Assembly (NCBI GenBank): GCA_020850945.1
Contig: JADZDR010000022.1
Coordinates: forward strand, 82,421-146,420
Length of the DNA stretch: 64,000 nt
Direction: 5' to 3'
DNA from: Acidimicrobiia bacterium
GTDB lineage: Bacteria > Actinomycetota > Acidimicrobiia > UBA2766
Under the pieces are notes generated by a model that saw only the letters and a program-made list of their open reading frames with translations, was not told the DNA's origin and did not search any database. Every line of letters begins with the position of its first letter. Positions within the stretch are counted from its first letter, which is position 1. Made by a program: the position numbers and the translations under genes. Shown in pieces: positions 22,179 through 32,108 of this stretch.

Positions 22179-23588
22179 TCAGCTCTCGACAGCGTCGCCT
22201 TCGTCGCCCGCCAACTGCGCCTTGAGGGCGTCCAAGGCGCGCATGGACTTCGCGCTGATCTGGGTCTGGGGTCCGGCCCCGCTGGACTCGCCGAAGGACT
22301 GTACGCCACGGGTGCGTCTGTCCCGCTTGCCCTTCCCGCCCTTCGCGCCGCTCTTCTGGGACTTGCCGGCGAGCTCGGGGTTCTCGACTGCCCGGATCGA
22401 AAGGCCGAGTCGGTTGCGGGCAAGGTCGATCTCGACGATGCGCGCCTGTACCTCGTCTCCCACCGCCACTACGTCACTCGGCTTGTCGACGCGTGTCGGG
22501 GAGAGCTCGGACACGTGCACGAGTCCCTCGACACCGGGGAGGACCTCGACGAAGGACCCGAAGTCGGCGTTCTTGACGACACGGCCTGTGACGACTTCGC
22601 CGACGCTGTGCTCCCGCACGAACTTGTCCCACGGGTTCTCGGCGAGCTGCCTGATCGAGAGGCTGATGCGCCGTTTCTCGCGGTCGACCGCGAGGACCTT
22701 CACCTCGACCTCGTCCCCGGGCTGGGCTGCTTTCTTCGGATGGACCGGTCGGCCCCACGCGAGCTCCGAGCTGTGCACGAGCCCGTCTGCCCCACCGACG
22801 TCCACGAAGAGACCGATATCCGTGACGCTGCTCACACTGCCGGAGACGACCTGGCCCTCCTCGAGACTCGCGAAGAGCTCGTCTGCCTTGGCGCTTCGCT
22901 CCTCTTCGAGCACAGCCTTGCGGGAGAGCACGATCTTGCGTCGTTTCGGGTCGGCCTCGATGACTCGGCAGGACAGCTCTTGGCCGAGGTAGCCGCTCAT
23001 GTCGGACACGGGTCGCAGGTCGATGAGCGAGGCCGGCAGGAAGGCATCGACCCCGATGTCGAGGCGCAGCCCTCCCTTCACGACCTCTGACACGGTGGCC
23101 GTGATCGGCTCGCCTGCTTCGATCGAGGGCCGGAGCTTCTCCCACGCCTCCTGCTCGGCGAGTCGCGTGAGAGAGAGACGGGGGTGGCCGTCGGGGGCGT
23201 CCGTGCTCGTCACGACGACCCGGATCCGCTCACCGATCGTGACGACTTCGTCTGCGAAGGTGTAGGGGGCGTGCACCACCTCACGCACGGGGAGGACGCC
23301 CTCCACGGGTGCCGCGAGGTCCACGATCACCGTCTCGAGATCGATCTTGACGACGTCGCCGTCGATGACGTCACCCTTCTCGAAGGGCAGGTCTTCCTCC
23401 CACGGCAGACGGGGCACCGGTTCCACCGGCGTCGCGTCTGCACCCGGGAGCGTGTCCGCTCCGACCTCGGTGTCGGCGTTCTCGTCGACCAGCGCGTCGG
23501 TGGTTACGTCGGGAGAGGTATCCGCAGCCGGCGTCTCGCCAACGCCCTGCTCGATGATGTCTTGGGTGGTGGTTGTGTCGTTGCTCAC
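22179..23588 (-). CDS. rpsA: 30S ribosomal protein S1-like protein: four tandem S1 RNA-binding domains with an acidic N-terminal extension.
   Basis: Repeated S1 domain pattern: GDVIDGDVVKIDLETVIVDL...; ITATVSEVVKGGLRLDIGVDAFLPASLIDLRPV; GQVVSGSVSSVTDIGLFVDVGGADGLVHSSELAW...ISLSIRQLAENPWDKF; GEVVTGRVVKNADFGSFVEVLPGVEGLVHVSELS...RLGLSIRAV. A Lys/Arg/Gly-rich C-tail follows. Architecture and length (469 aa) match actinobacterial RpsA. The first 60 aa (D/E/T-rich) are atypical. Confidence 0.7.
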   Translation of the reverse strand: MSNDTTTTQDIIEQGVGETPAADTSPDVTTDALVDENADTEVGADTLPGADATPVEPVPRLPWEEDLPFEKGDVIDGDVVKIDLETVIVDLAAPVEGVLPVREVVHAPYTFADEVVTIGERIRVVVTSTDAPDGHPRLSLTRLAEQEAWEKLRPSIEAGEPITATVSEVVKGGLRLDIGVDAFLPASLIDLRPVSDMSGYLGQELSCRVIEADPKRRKIVLSRKAVLEEERSAKADELFASLEEGQVVSGSVSSVTDIGLFVDVGGADGLVHSSELAWGRPVHPKKAAQPGDEVEVKVLAVDREKRRISLSIRQLAENPWDKFVREHSVGEVVTGRVVKNADFGSFVEVLPGVEGLVHVSELSPTRVDKPSDVVAVGDEVQARIVEIDLARNRLGLSIRAVENPELAGKSQKSGAKGGKGKRDRRTRGVQSFGESSGAGPQTQISAKSMRALDALKAQLAGDEGDAVES

Positions 23589-23648
23589 GATCGAGGGTCA
23601 GCATAGAGGGATCGGCCGAGACGCCGACAGGCCGTCAGAGCCCGAGTC

Positions 23649-24176
23649 TCAGTGATCGGAGCTCTTGCGGGGCGGCCTGTAGAACATTGCGAGCTGCGCA
23701 CCGGCGACCGCAGCTCCGAGGAGTGCGATCGTTCCCCCCCACCAACCCTCCAGCCACGCCTGGGCCGTGAGGTCGAGAGCCGCGTCGACACTCCACTGGC
23801 CGGGGCCGAGGAGCCCTATCGCGACTGCGACGGCACAGATCGCGAGGGCGTACTCGACTCCTTCCTTGACGATGAAGAAGCCGTGCTTGCGGTGATGGGT
23901 CACGATTGCGACCGTGAGCAGACCCACGAACCCCGCCGCGCTGATGGGGGTGAGGAACCCGCCTGCGAACATGATGCCGGCACCCACTTCCGTCAGGGCC
24001 GCCATCCACGCCTGGAACTGCCCGTGACGGAGGCCGAGGCTCTCGAACCACCGGCCTGCACCCGGGATGCGTCCGCCTCCGAAGATGTGGTTGAGGCCGT
24101 GCGCGAGCATCATCGTCCCGAAGTAGACGCGGAGGAGCAGGAGTGCCGTATCGGCTGCCGACCCGGTTTCGACCAT
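23649..24176 (-). CDS. DoxX-family membrane protein.
   Basis: Translation: LLLLRVYFGTMMLAHGLNHIFGGGRIPGAGRWFESLGL...ALTEVGAGIMFAGGFLTPISAAGFVGLLTVAIVTHH. These are DoxX signature helices. The start was taken at the internal M (MVETGS...) at 24176. The track start is 24197. Confidence 0.75.
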   Translation of the reverse strand: MVETGSAADTALLLLRVYFGTMMLAHGLNHIFGGGRIPGAGRWFESLGLRHGQFQAWMAALTEVGAGIMFAGGFLTPISAAGFVGLLTVAIVTHHRKHGFFIVKEGVEYALAICAVAVAIGLLGPGQWSVDAALDLTAQAWLEGWWGGTIALLGAAVAGAQLAMFYRPPRKSSDH

Positions 24177-24246
24177 CCTCGGTTCTCCTCGCGCCACCCT
24201 GCCCGCGAAGAAGCTAACGCGACTACCGGCACGCGAGACGGATGTG

Positions 24247-25419
24247 TCAGGCCACGAACCAGCCGGTCGCGATCGCGGCGGCGGCGATCAAGCAACCACC
24301 GGCACAGAGGCCACCCACAAGGCCTTTGGCGAGCGGGGAACGGGGCACGAGGAGCTCACCGCCTGCTCCGAACACAGGCCAACCGCTCAGGATGTACCGG
24401 GACATCGAAAGGTGACTGCCCGTGAAGAGGGGGAAGCAGACCATGGACAGCGCCCAGAGCCCCGCTTCGACCGGCCACGCGCCGTTGCGACGCCTCGCCC
24501 GCGCGAGCAGCCAGACCGAGGCGCCCACACCGAGGAGGAGGCTCAGCATGTCGAAGGCCGCCTCGAGGCGGGCAGGCGTGCCGTAGCCGGGACCTGTGAT
24601 CTTATTCCACGCATCGAGGGGCACGATCCAGGGTGGGGCGGGTCTGCGGCCCCACGGTCGGCCCGCACTGAGGAAGCTGAATGCGTCACCGGCTTGGACG
24701 TGCTGGGCGACTAGGACGGGCACGAGACCGAGCCCGGCCGCGGCGTACGCGACGGCCACCCAGTCCAGCCTGCGCTGCTGCCAGATGCGCATCCCGACGA
24801 GGAGGAGGACGAGGAGGATGCCCGGCACGCGGGCCATCGTCGCCAGGGCCGCTCCCGTCACGACCAGACCGTGCCGATCACGGCGGAATGCCCACAGGGC
24901 GAGTGCCGAGGCGGCGACGAAGAGAGCTTCGGTGTAGAAGGACCAGAGCACGTAGGACGTGGGCCACACGAGGAGGAGCACGAGGGCGGTCCGGGCGATG
25001 CGCTCCCCGCGCCACTCCCGCACCGCCACGAAGAACGCACACACGGCGCCCAGCGCCGCCGCGTTCGTGACGAGCAGGACGGCGACGAGCTCGGTGCGCA
25101 CCACCCAGAGAACCGCCTGCGTGAGCCACGGCAAGAGCGGGAAGAAGGCCGTGGGCTGGGCAGAGGACGGCAAGGCATCCGGCATGTAGGCGTATCCGTT
25201 GTGCAGGATCCCGAGGTACCACTGGCCGTCCCACGCCGTGATCATGTCCGTCGGGTGGCCCGAGAAGAGCCACGCGACCGCCGCCCACACGACGCGCCAC
25301 ACGACGAAGGCGGCAACGGGGAACCGCAGGGAGCGGACGAGGTCCGAGCGCCACACGGATCGGGCCGGGTACTCCGCGTGGCGTCCCGGGCCGGTTCGGG
25401 TGGCTGCCGTCATCGGCAT
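24247..25419 (-). CDS. Polytopic integral membrane protein, probable GT-C-type (mannosyl/arabinosyl) glycosyltransferase-like.
   Basis: 390 aa with about 10 predicted transmembrane helices and Trp/Tyr-rich loops (AWDGQWYLGILHNGYAY). Family assignment is by architecture only. It starts 3 nt after the MBL hydrolase gene on the same strand. Confidence 0.5.
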   Translation of the reverse strand: MPMTAATRTGPGRHAEYPARSVWRSDLVRSLRFPVAAFVVWRVVWAAVAWLFSGHPTDMITAWDGQWYLGILHNGYAYMPDALPSSAQPTAFFPLLPWLTQAVLWVVRTELVAVLLVTNAAALGAVCAFFVAVREWRGERIARTALVLLLVWPTSYVLWSFYTEALFVAASALALWAFRRDRHGLVVTGAALATMARVPGILLVLLLVGMRIWQQRRLDWVAVAYAAAGLGLVPVLVAQHVQAGDAFSFLSAGRPWGRRPAPPWIVPLDAWNKITGPGYGTPARLEAAFDMLSLLLGVGASVWLLARARRRNGAWPVEAGLWALSMVCFPLFTGSHLSMSRYILSGWPVFGAGGELLVPRSPLAKGLVGGLCAGGCLIAAAAIATGWFVA

Positions 25420-25422
25420 CGT

Positions 25423-26427
25423 TCAGCTCTGCCCCGGGGCGGCCGAACCATCCGGCACCACTGCGCCGGACTCCCCACCCTCGGCCATGGCGGCCATAGC
25501 GTCGAAGAGGGTGATGGCGTCGAAGGGCGCATCCCACGCCTTGCCCTCGAACTCGCGGTAGGCCCGGTCGACCCCGAACACCATCCGTTCGGGCTCGGCC
25601 CAGTCCGCGTAAGGCCCCGGATCGATCGCACGTGCCGCATCGATCACCGAGATACCTGCTTCCCAACGCTCCCTTGCCTCGCCGATCAGCCATTCGAAGT
25701 ACTCACGCATCTCGGTTGCCGCCTCCTTGCCCGCGAGCGGGCCGTGCCCCGACACGACGTGCTCGACGTCGAGGGACTCGATGAGGCGCATCGCCTCGAT
25801 CAGATTCGCGTACGTGCCTTGCCACTCGAGGGGATGGCAGAGGCGGAAGATCACGTCACCCGCGTAGACGACGCCATCGGCGGGGACTGTGACGATCACG
25901 TCTCCGGCCGTGTGCGCCGGCCCCACGTAGCGGGCCTCCACCTCTACGCCGCCAACGTCTCGTGTGAGGGTGTCCTCCATCACGGTCGAGGGCGGTGTCG
26001 GCACTATGCCGTCGAAGTCGAACGGTTCGGCGAGGCCACGCAGGTAGCGGCCGGCGGGGAGGGCATCGAGGTCACCCCGCTGTGCGGCCCGCAGGAGCTC
26101 GAGGACTGCCGTGTTGCCCATGGCATCGGCGCAGAGGCGGTGACCGATGATCTCGGCACCCTCGACGAGCTGGTTGCCCCAACAGTGGTCGCCGTTGTCG
26201 TGTGTGTTCACGAGTGTGCGGATGGGCATGCCGACCTGACTGGCGACTGCCTCGAGGAGGCGCCGCGTATGGGCGAGATCGAAGAAGGTGTCGACGAGGA
26301 GTGCGTCCCCGCCACAGCCCACGACACCCGCATTGCTGAGCCCGAATCCCCAGTCGGGCTGCAGGTACGCCCAGGTGTGCTGCCCCAGCCGGGCCAAGCC
26401 CTCCTGGTTCTTCGTCCGACCGCTCAC
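25423..26427 (-). CDS. MBL-fold metallo-hydrolase.
   Basis: HxHxDH motif: VNTHDNGDHCWGNQ. Downstream metal-ligating His/Asp are present (HRLCAD..., GDVIVTVPADGVVYAGDVIF, SGHGP). The second GTG follows gaggaggg, a ribosome-binding site. Confidence 0.8.
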   Translation of the reverse strand: MSGRTKNQEGLARLGQHTWAYLQPDWGFGLSNAGVVGCGGDALLVDTFFDLAHTRRLLEAVASQVGMPIRTLVNTHDNGDHCWGNQLVEGAEIIGHRLCADAMGNTAVLELLRAAQRGDLDALPAGRYLRGLAEPFDFDGIVPTPPSTVMEDTLTRDVGGVEVEARYVGPAHTAGDVIVTVPADGVVYAGDVIFRLCHPLEWQGTYANLIEAMRLIESLDVEHVVSGHGPLAGKEAATEMREYFEWLIGEARERWEAGISVIDAARAIDPGPYADWAEPERMVFGVDRAYREFEGKAWDAPFDAITLFDAMAAMAEGGESGAVVPDGSAAPGQS

Positions 26428-26593
26428 CACGCCCCTCCTCGGCCCGAAACCTGGCTCGGAGTCAGGCTATCGGACCCAGGTTCTGCCGCCCTCACTTCAC
26501 AGAGGCTCGGAGAGGGGCGTGTCGCCGGAGCCGTCCAAGGGGGACTTCACGGTATTGTTCCAGTGTTCCCTGGGGAATCTCGAGGAGGCCTCC

Positions 26594-27052
26594 ATGCCTA
26601 CGGGCGAAACGATCGCGGACTCCGAGCTCGCCCGTCTCCTCTGGAACCTTGCAGATGCCGTGATCATCTGCGATCCCGCTGGTGACATCGTCTACTGGAA
26701 CCCTGCGGCGACACGGGTCTTCGGTTGGACCGCTGCCGAAGCCCGGGGAGGCTCTTTGGATGTCATCATTCCCGAGCGCCTGCGCGCCCGTCACTGGGAC
26801 GGCTACCGGAGAGTGATGCAGACCGGAGAGACCAGTTACGGCGACAGGCTCCTCGAAGTCCCGGCAGTGCACCGGGACGGGCGCACGATCTCCATCGCGT
26901 TCACGGTGTCCCTCGTCACGGATCCAGCCGACGGGTCGGTCACGGGGATCGCCGCCGTGATCCGGGACGACACCGCCCGCTGGCAGGAGCGCCGCCGCCT
27001 GCGAGCCGAGCTCGCTGCCGCGACGCAGCCGTCCGTCACCACGGGAGAGTGA
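26594..27052 (+). CDS. Stand-alone PAS-domain sensor protein.
   Basis: Translation: ELARLLWNLADAVIICDPAGDIVYWNPAATRVFGWTAAEARGGSLDVIIPERLRARHWDGYRRVMQTGETSYGDRLLEVPAVHRDGRTISIAFTVSLVTD. This is the PAS fold. The ATG at 26594 follows ggagg. The upstream part of track ORF 26288.. is low-complexity. Confidence 0.7.
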   Translation: MPTGETIADSELARLLWNLADAVIICDPAGDIVYWNPAATRVFGWTAAEARGGSLDVIIPERLRARHWDGYRRVMQTGETSYGDRLLEVPAVHRDGRTISIAFTVSLVTDPADGSVTGIAAVIRDDTARWQERRRLRAELAAATQPSVTTGE

Positions 27053-27102
27053 GCCTGACAGGGGCCACTCCCTGAGCTGTCGGCCCACATGGGGACATGC
27101 GC

Positions 27103-28794
27103 TCAGCTCTCGGCTGCGCGGCGCTTCTCGAGAAGCTCACGGACCTCGGCCTTCTTCGGCTTGAGACTGAACGTGAGTGGCATCTCGTCGAGGACGACGA
27201 TCTCGCGTGGGCACTTGTACGGGCTGATCCGTTCGCGTGCCCAGGCGAGGAGCTCGTCCGCGGTCGCCTCCGAGCCCGGCCCCAGCGACACGGCGGCGAC
27301 GGGGACCTGTCCTTTCGTAGCATGCTCCACGCCGACGGCGACGGCGTGCTCCACGGCAGGATGCTCGTAGAGCACCGTCTCGATCTCGCCCGACCCGACC
27401 TTGTAGCCACCCGTCTTGATGATGTCCTTGGCACGGTCGACGTAGAAGAGGAGACGCCACTTCCCCTGACGCACCCAGTCACCTGTGCGGTACCAGCCGT
27501 CGACTACGGCCTCCGCAGTGCGCTCCTCGTCTTTCCAGTAGCCGGACATGAGCGAGACACCTCTGAGGAGGAGCTCACCCACATGACCGCGGGGCACGTC
27601 CTCGAGCGTGTCGGGGTCGACGATCCGGTACTCGACACCCGGCATGACCCAGCCGATGCAGGACTCACCCTCCGCCGGCTCCTCGACCGGGCGAGGAGGC
27701 GTCATGGCGACGTAGCTGTTCGCCTCGGTCATGCCGTAGCCCCTGATGAAGAAGGCATCGAGCCCGAGGAATCCGCCGAAGATCTGTTTGCGTCCGTACT
27801 TGCGGAAGCGGCGGATGAGGTCGTTGTCGAACGCGTCGGAACCACCCGCCCACACCCACATCGAGCTCAGGTCGCGATGCTCGGCCCCCGCTTCCTCGAG
27901 CATGCGGTACATGGCGGGCGAGCCCACGAACATCGTGGGCCGTTCCTCCTCGATCAGATCGAGCACCCTGCGCGGGTCGAAACGTGACACGAACAGCGTC
28001 GGTGTGCCGAGGGCGATGTTCATGAGCATGTTGACGTACCCGCCCGAGTGGGCGACGGGCATGAGGAGGAGAGCGAGTTGGCGTGGCATCACGGGATTGA
28101 ACGCCGAAACCGCGGCCATGCGGCGCACCGGTGTCATGACCGACCGGTCGGAGAGACTCGCACCCTTCGGCCGGCCCGTCGTCCCCGACGTGTAGAAGAT
28201 CGTCGCGATCTCCTCGAAGTTCGTGCGACGGTAGGGGTGGTGCGCCTCTGACGCGGCCACGAACGCGTCGACCAGGGACGTCGTGCCGGGTGGCGGGTCT
28301 TGCGTGTCCATGACGAGGACCTTCTCGGCATGCGGCACCGTCGCAGCCCGGCCCTGCAGGTTCTGCTCGAACGTGACCGTGTCACAGATCAGCACGCGTG
28401 CCCCGCTGTTCTCGAGGATGTAGTCCACCTCGGGACCGCGCAGCATGAAGTTCATCGGGATCGGGATCGCGCCGAGTCGTGCCGCCCCGAAGTTGACGAA
28501 GACGGCCTCGACCCTGTTCAGGGACAGGATTGCGACTCGATCCCCACGCTTCACGCCGAGCGAGGTGAGGGCGTTGGCGATGCGGGCCGTGATGCGGGCC
28601 TGGTCCGCGTATGTGATGCGCCGCGGGCCGAAGCCCGGCAGGGCGACGTCCCGGTCGAGATGGAACAGGGTTCGGGGTCCGTGCGTCCTCGCGAAGGCCT
28701 CGGTGAAGCTCGCGTAGGAGATCCCGGCACGGCCGCGCACGAACTCGCGGAACCGGCCCCGTGGCCTCGGCTCCTTCTCGTCGATGCTTCTCAC
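27103..28794 (-). CDS. AMP-dependent acyl-CoA synthetase.
   Basis: Translation: IFYTSGTTGRPKGASLSDRSV (AMP-binding motif), GYGMTEANSYV, YRTGDWVRQ...GRLLFYVDRAKDIIKTGGYKV. The GTG start at 28792-28794 lies just after the upstream acyl-CoA dehydrogenase stop (gagagg, a ribosome-binding site). The track ORF start at 29118 is an out-of-frame overlap artefact. Confidence 0.8.
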   Translation of the reverse strand: MRSIDEKEPRPRGRFREFVRGRAGISYASFTEAFARTHGPRTLFHLDRDVALPGFGPRRITYADQARITARIANALTSLGVKRGDRVAILSLNRVEAVFVNFGAARLGAIPIPMNFMLRGPEVDYILENSGARVLICDTVTFEQNLQGRAATVPHAEKVLVMDTQDPPPGTTSLVDAFVAASEAHHPYRRTNFEEIATIFYTSGTTGRPKGASLSDRSVMTPVRRMAAVSAFNPVMPRQLALLLMPVAHSGGYVNMLMNIALGTPTLFVSRFDPRRVLDLIEEERPTMFVGSPAMYRMLEEAGAEHRDLSSMWVWAGGSDAFDNDLIRRFRKYGRKQIFGGFLGLDAFFIRGYGMTEANSYVAMTPPRPVEEPAEGESCIGWVMPGVEYRIVDPDTLEDVPRGHVGELLLRGVSLMSGYWKDEERTAEAVVDGWYRTGDWVRQGKWRLLFYVDRAKDIIKTGGYKVGSGEIETVLYEHPAVEHAVAVGVEHATKGQVPVAAVSLGPGSEATADELLAWARERISPYKCPREIVVLDEMPLTFSLKPKKAEVRELLEKRRAAES

Positions 28795-28817
28795 GGTGCC
28801 TCTCGTCCGGACCCGCC

Positions 28818-29978
28818 TCAGCCACCCATGCCTGTGGAGCGGGCGATGACCAGGCGCTGTATCTCCGATGTGCCCCCGGCGATCCGCATCACGCGGACGA
28901 TCCTGTACATCCGCTCCACCGGAGACTCCCGCATGTACCCCATGCCCCCGAAGATCTGCACGGCCCGGTCCGCGACGCGTCCCACGGCCTCGGTCGCGAA
29001 CAGCTTCGTCATGGACACGTGGCGCATCACGTTCTCTCCCGCATCCGCCCGCCATGCCGTGTCGTAGCACATCGACCGCGCGGCATAGAGATCCGTGAGT
29101 GAGTCGGCGATCATCCACTGGATCGCCTGGTTGTCACCGATCGGCCGCCCGAACTGGACACGTGACTTCGCATGCTCCGTCATGAGGTCGACGAGCCGGC
29201 TCATCACGCCGATCGCAGTCGAGGCGATGGCGATGCGTTCGTTCGACAGGAAACGGGCGGCGTAGGCGAAGGCCATCCCCTCCTCTCCGACGAGGTTCGC
29301 CTCCGGCACGAAGCAGTCGTCGAAGAAGACCTCCGTCTGGAGGTGGTCGTCCCCCATCGACCGCTGCACCTTGCCGATCTCGAGACCATCCGTCGGCTTG
29401 TCGACGAGGAGGATCGAATGGCCGTGCTCGCTGCGGGTGAACACCTGCATGAAGTCGCAGTAGGGCGCATTCGTGATGTAGTGCTTCTTGCCGTTGAGCA
29501 CATACCCGCCGTCGACTCGCTCCGCCCGCGTCTGCACGCCGGACAGATCGGAGCCCGCGTCGGGTTCGGACAGGGCGATGCACGTCGTCTTCTCGCCCCG
29601 CATGAGCGGCATGAGGTACCGCTCCTTCTGGTCCTCGGTCCCGAGCTCGTAGAGCATGTGATTCGGCCCGAACGGGAGGTCGCCCATCATGAGCATCGAG
29701 AGCCACGCTCCGGCTCCGGCGACGGTCTCTCGCACGAAGCACATGCCGAGCTCACCGAGGCCGCCCCCGCCGATCGATTCAGGCATGCCGAGTGCGTAGA
29801 AGCCCGCCTCCACCGACTTGTGCATGATCTCACGTGCGACACCGACGAGGTGTGCCGTCACACCGTGCTCGAGGAGCTCCTCGCGGTGCTTCTCCTCGAG
29901 CGGTCGCACCTCACGATCTATGAACGTGCCGATGGCCCGGCACAGCTCCTGGATCTCGTCCGGAACCGCGAAGTCCAC
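28818..29978 (-). CDS. Acyl-CoA dehydrogenase.
   Basis: ACAD family: N-terminal alpha domain, middle beta domain (CIALSEPDAGSDLSGVQTRAERVDGGYVLNGKKHYITNA), C-terminal QIFGGMGYMRESPVERMYRIVRVMRIAGGTSEIQRLVIAR. Confidence 0.9.
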   Translation of the reverse strand: MDFAVPDEIQELCRAIGTFIDREVRPLEEKHREELLEHGVTAHLVGVAREIMHKSVEAGFYALGMPESIGGGGLGELGMCFVRETVAGAGAWLSMLMMGDLPFGPNHMLYELGTEDQKERYLMPLMRGEKTTCIALSEPDAGSDLSGVQTRAERVDGGYVLNGKKHYITNAPYCDFMQVFTRSEHGHSILLVDKPTDGLEIGKVQRSMGDDHLQTEVFFDDCFVPEANLVGEEGMAFAYAARFLSNERIAIASTAIGVMSRLVDLMTEHAKSRVQFGRPIGDNQAIQWMIADSLTDLYAARSMCYDTAWRADAGENVMRHVSMTKLFATEAVGRVADRAVQIFGGMGYMRESPVERMYRIVRVMRIAGGTSEIQRLVIARSTGMGG

Positions 29979-30003
29979 AGTGTCCCCTCTGCTGTCCCGC
30001 CGC

Positions 30004-31176
30004 TCAGAAGAGCCCGAGCAGCTTGGCGATGATCGTCTTCTGGATGTGGTTGGTCCCCATGCCGATCGGGCCGAGCATCGCCGCCCGCGCGTAGCGCTGC
30101 ATGTCGTACTCCATCGTGTAGCCCCAACCGCCGAGGACCTGCATGCCGTCGAGGCACACCTTGAGGGCCACCTCGGTCGCGAACGTCTTGGCCTCGGCGC
30201 CCTCCATCGAGCACGCCAGGCCCTGATCCTTGAGCCATGCCGCCCGGTACGCCATCATCTCCGCCGCGTCGACGTGGATCTTCATGTTGGCGAGCTGGTG
30301 TTGGATCGCCTGGAAGTGCCCGATCGGCTGGCCGAACTGCTCGCGCTGCTTCGCGTGCTCGAGGGCGTCGTCGAAGGCCTTGCGTGCGATCGCCGTGTAG
30401 AGAGTGGCGACCATGATGCGCTCCATGTCGAGGCTCATCCACATCTGGCCCCAGCCGTTCCCGACGGCCTCCTCGCCGCCGATGACCATGCCCCGCGGGA
30501 CGCGCACATCGTCGAAGAAGATCTCGAAGAGACCGACCGCCCGGCTCCCCACTTTCTCGATGCGGTTGATGGTGATCCCGGCTGCGCGCCTGTCCACCAT
30601 GAAGATCGTCATGTTGGAGTACGGCTTGGGCTCACGCGGCCCCGTCCGTGTGACGCACATGATGTAGTCGGCGATGTCGACGCCGGAGATGAGCGTCTTC
30701 TGGCCGTTGAGAACCCACTCGTCCCCGTCGAGGGTGGCGTTGGTCGTGATCGCAGCCGCGTCGGAGCCGGCGTCGGGTTCCGTGAGGGCGAAGCACCCGC
30801 GGATGCTGCCGCTGATGATCTCGGGCAGGAACTCGCGGCGCTGTTCCTCGCTCCCGTTGAGAAGGATCATCTCGCCGGCGAAGAACACGGGCATGAGGAA
30901 GCAGGCGGCGGCTGCCTCGCTGCCGTAGGCGAGCTCGTCGCAGAGGATCGCGAACTCGAGGGCGCTGCCGCCCTGCCCGCCGTAGGCCTCGGGGAAGGGC
31001 ACGCCGTAGAACCCGGCGTCGGCCATCTTCTTGGCGAGCTCGTAGGGGAACTCGCCGGTCTCGTCGAGTCGGCGGTCCATCTCACGTGACGTCTCGCGCT
31101 CGATGAACTCGCGGATCGAGCGGCGGAACGCCTCGTGCTCGTCGCTCGTGGTGAAGGGATTCACGGTTTCAGTCAC
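30004..31176 (-). CDS. Acyl-CoA dehydrogenase (second paralogue).
   Basis: Translation: CFALTEPDAGSDAAAITTNATLDGDEWVLNGQKTLISG...QVLGGWGYTMEYDMQRYARAAMLGPIGMGTNHIQKTIIAK. Confidence 0.9.
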   Translation of the reverse strand: MTETVNPFTTSDEHEAFRRSIREFIERETSREMDRRLDETGEFPYELAKKMADAGFYGVPFPEAYGGQGGSALEFAILCDELAYGSEAAAACFLMPVFFAGEMILLNGSEEQRREFLPEIISGSIRGCFALTEPDAGSDAAAITTNATLDGDEWVLNGQKTLISGVDIADYIMCVTRTGPREPKPYSNMTIFMVDRRAAGITINRIEKVGSRAVGLFEIFFDDVRVPRGMVIGGEEAVGNGWGQMWMSLDMERIMVATLYTAIARKAFDDALEHAKQREQFGQPIGHFQAIQHQLANMKIHVDAAEMMAYRAAWLKDQGLACSMEGAEAKTFATEVALKVCLDGMQVLGGWGYTMEYDMQRYARAAMLGPIGMGTNHIQKTIIAKLLGLF

Positions 31177-31209
31177 TCGACTCCCCCGGGTCGGCGGGAC
31201 GGCTTGGCA

Positions 31210-32037
31210 TCAGCACCCCTTCCAGACGGGTTCGCGCTTCTCGGCGAACGCCTTCGGGCCTTCCTTGGCGTCCTCGGTGGAAAAGACCATCGCCGCGTGC
31301 ATCAGCTCCTGCTCGTAGGCCTGCTCCAACGGCAGGGCGAGCCCGTCCAGCACGGACTGCTTCGTCGCCCGCACGGCGACGGGGCCGTTCAGGAGGATGC
31401 GTTCCGCAAAACCCCGCGCCTCGTCGAGGACCCGATCCCGCGGCACGACCTTGTTCACGATACCGACGCGCAGCGCCTCGGCTGCCGGCAGGGGGTCGGC
31501 GAGGAGGAGCACTTCCATCGCCTTCGCGTACGGGATCTGACGGGGCAGGCGCACCGTCGTTCCCCCGCCGGGGAACAGGCCGCGGCGCGGCTCGGAGATC
31601 TGGAAGGCCGCGTCTTCGGCGGCTACGCGCAGGTCGGTCCCGAGGAGCATCTCCATACCGCCGGCCGCGCAGATTCCGTTCACGGCCGCGATCACGGGCT
31701 TGTAGAGGGGGAAGTTGCGCAGAACAGCGGTCAGGGCCGCCGTGGCCGGGATGTCGGAGACGTCGGGCAGCGTGCCCGTGCTGCGTGCTCCCCGCTCGTC
31801 GAGCACGGCCTCGGCCGCGGCAACCGCGACCGGAATGAACTTCTTGAGGTCGGCACCGACGCAGAACACGTCGTCGACCCCGGTGACGATCGCCACCCAG
31901 AGGTCGTCGTCGTCCCTGAAGCGCTCCCACGCCTGGGCGAGGGCACCGAAGTGGGGCAGGTCGAGGGAGTTGCGCGCCTCGGGACGGTCGATCGTGATCG
32001 TGAGGACCCTGCCGTCCCGTTCCGTGTGAATCGCCAT
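31210..32037 (-). CDS. Enoyl-CoA hydratase/isomerase (crotonase family).
   Basis: Translation: VLTITIDRPEARNSLDL...FCVGADLKKF...PVIAAVNGICAAGGMEMLLGTDLRVAAEDAAFQISEPRRGLFPGGGTTVRLPRQI. Confidence 0.88.
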   Translation of the reverse strand: MAIHTERDGRVLTITIDRPEARNSLDLPHFGALAQAWERFRDDDDLWVAIVTGVDDVFCVGADLKKFIPVAVAAAEAVLDERGARSTGTLPDVSDIPATAALTAVLRNFPLYKPVIAAVNGICAAGGMEMLLGTDLRVAAEDAAFQISEPRRGLFPGGGTTVRLPRQIPYAKAMEVLLLADPLPAAEALRVGIVNKVVPRDRVLDEARGFAERILLNGPVAVRATKQSVLDGLALPLEQAYEQELMHAAMVFSTEDAKEGPKAFAEKREPVWKGC

Positions 32038-32108
32038 TCAGCTACCCCGGTTCTCCCGCCACACAAGGGTGAGTGCGTACCGCCCCGGCAGACTTCTCGC
32101 TACCCGGG

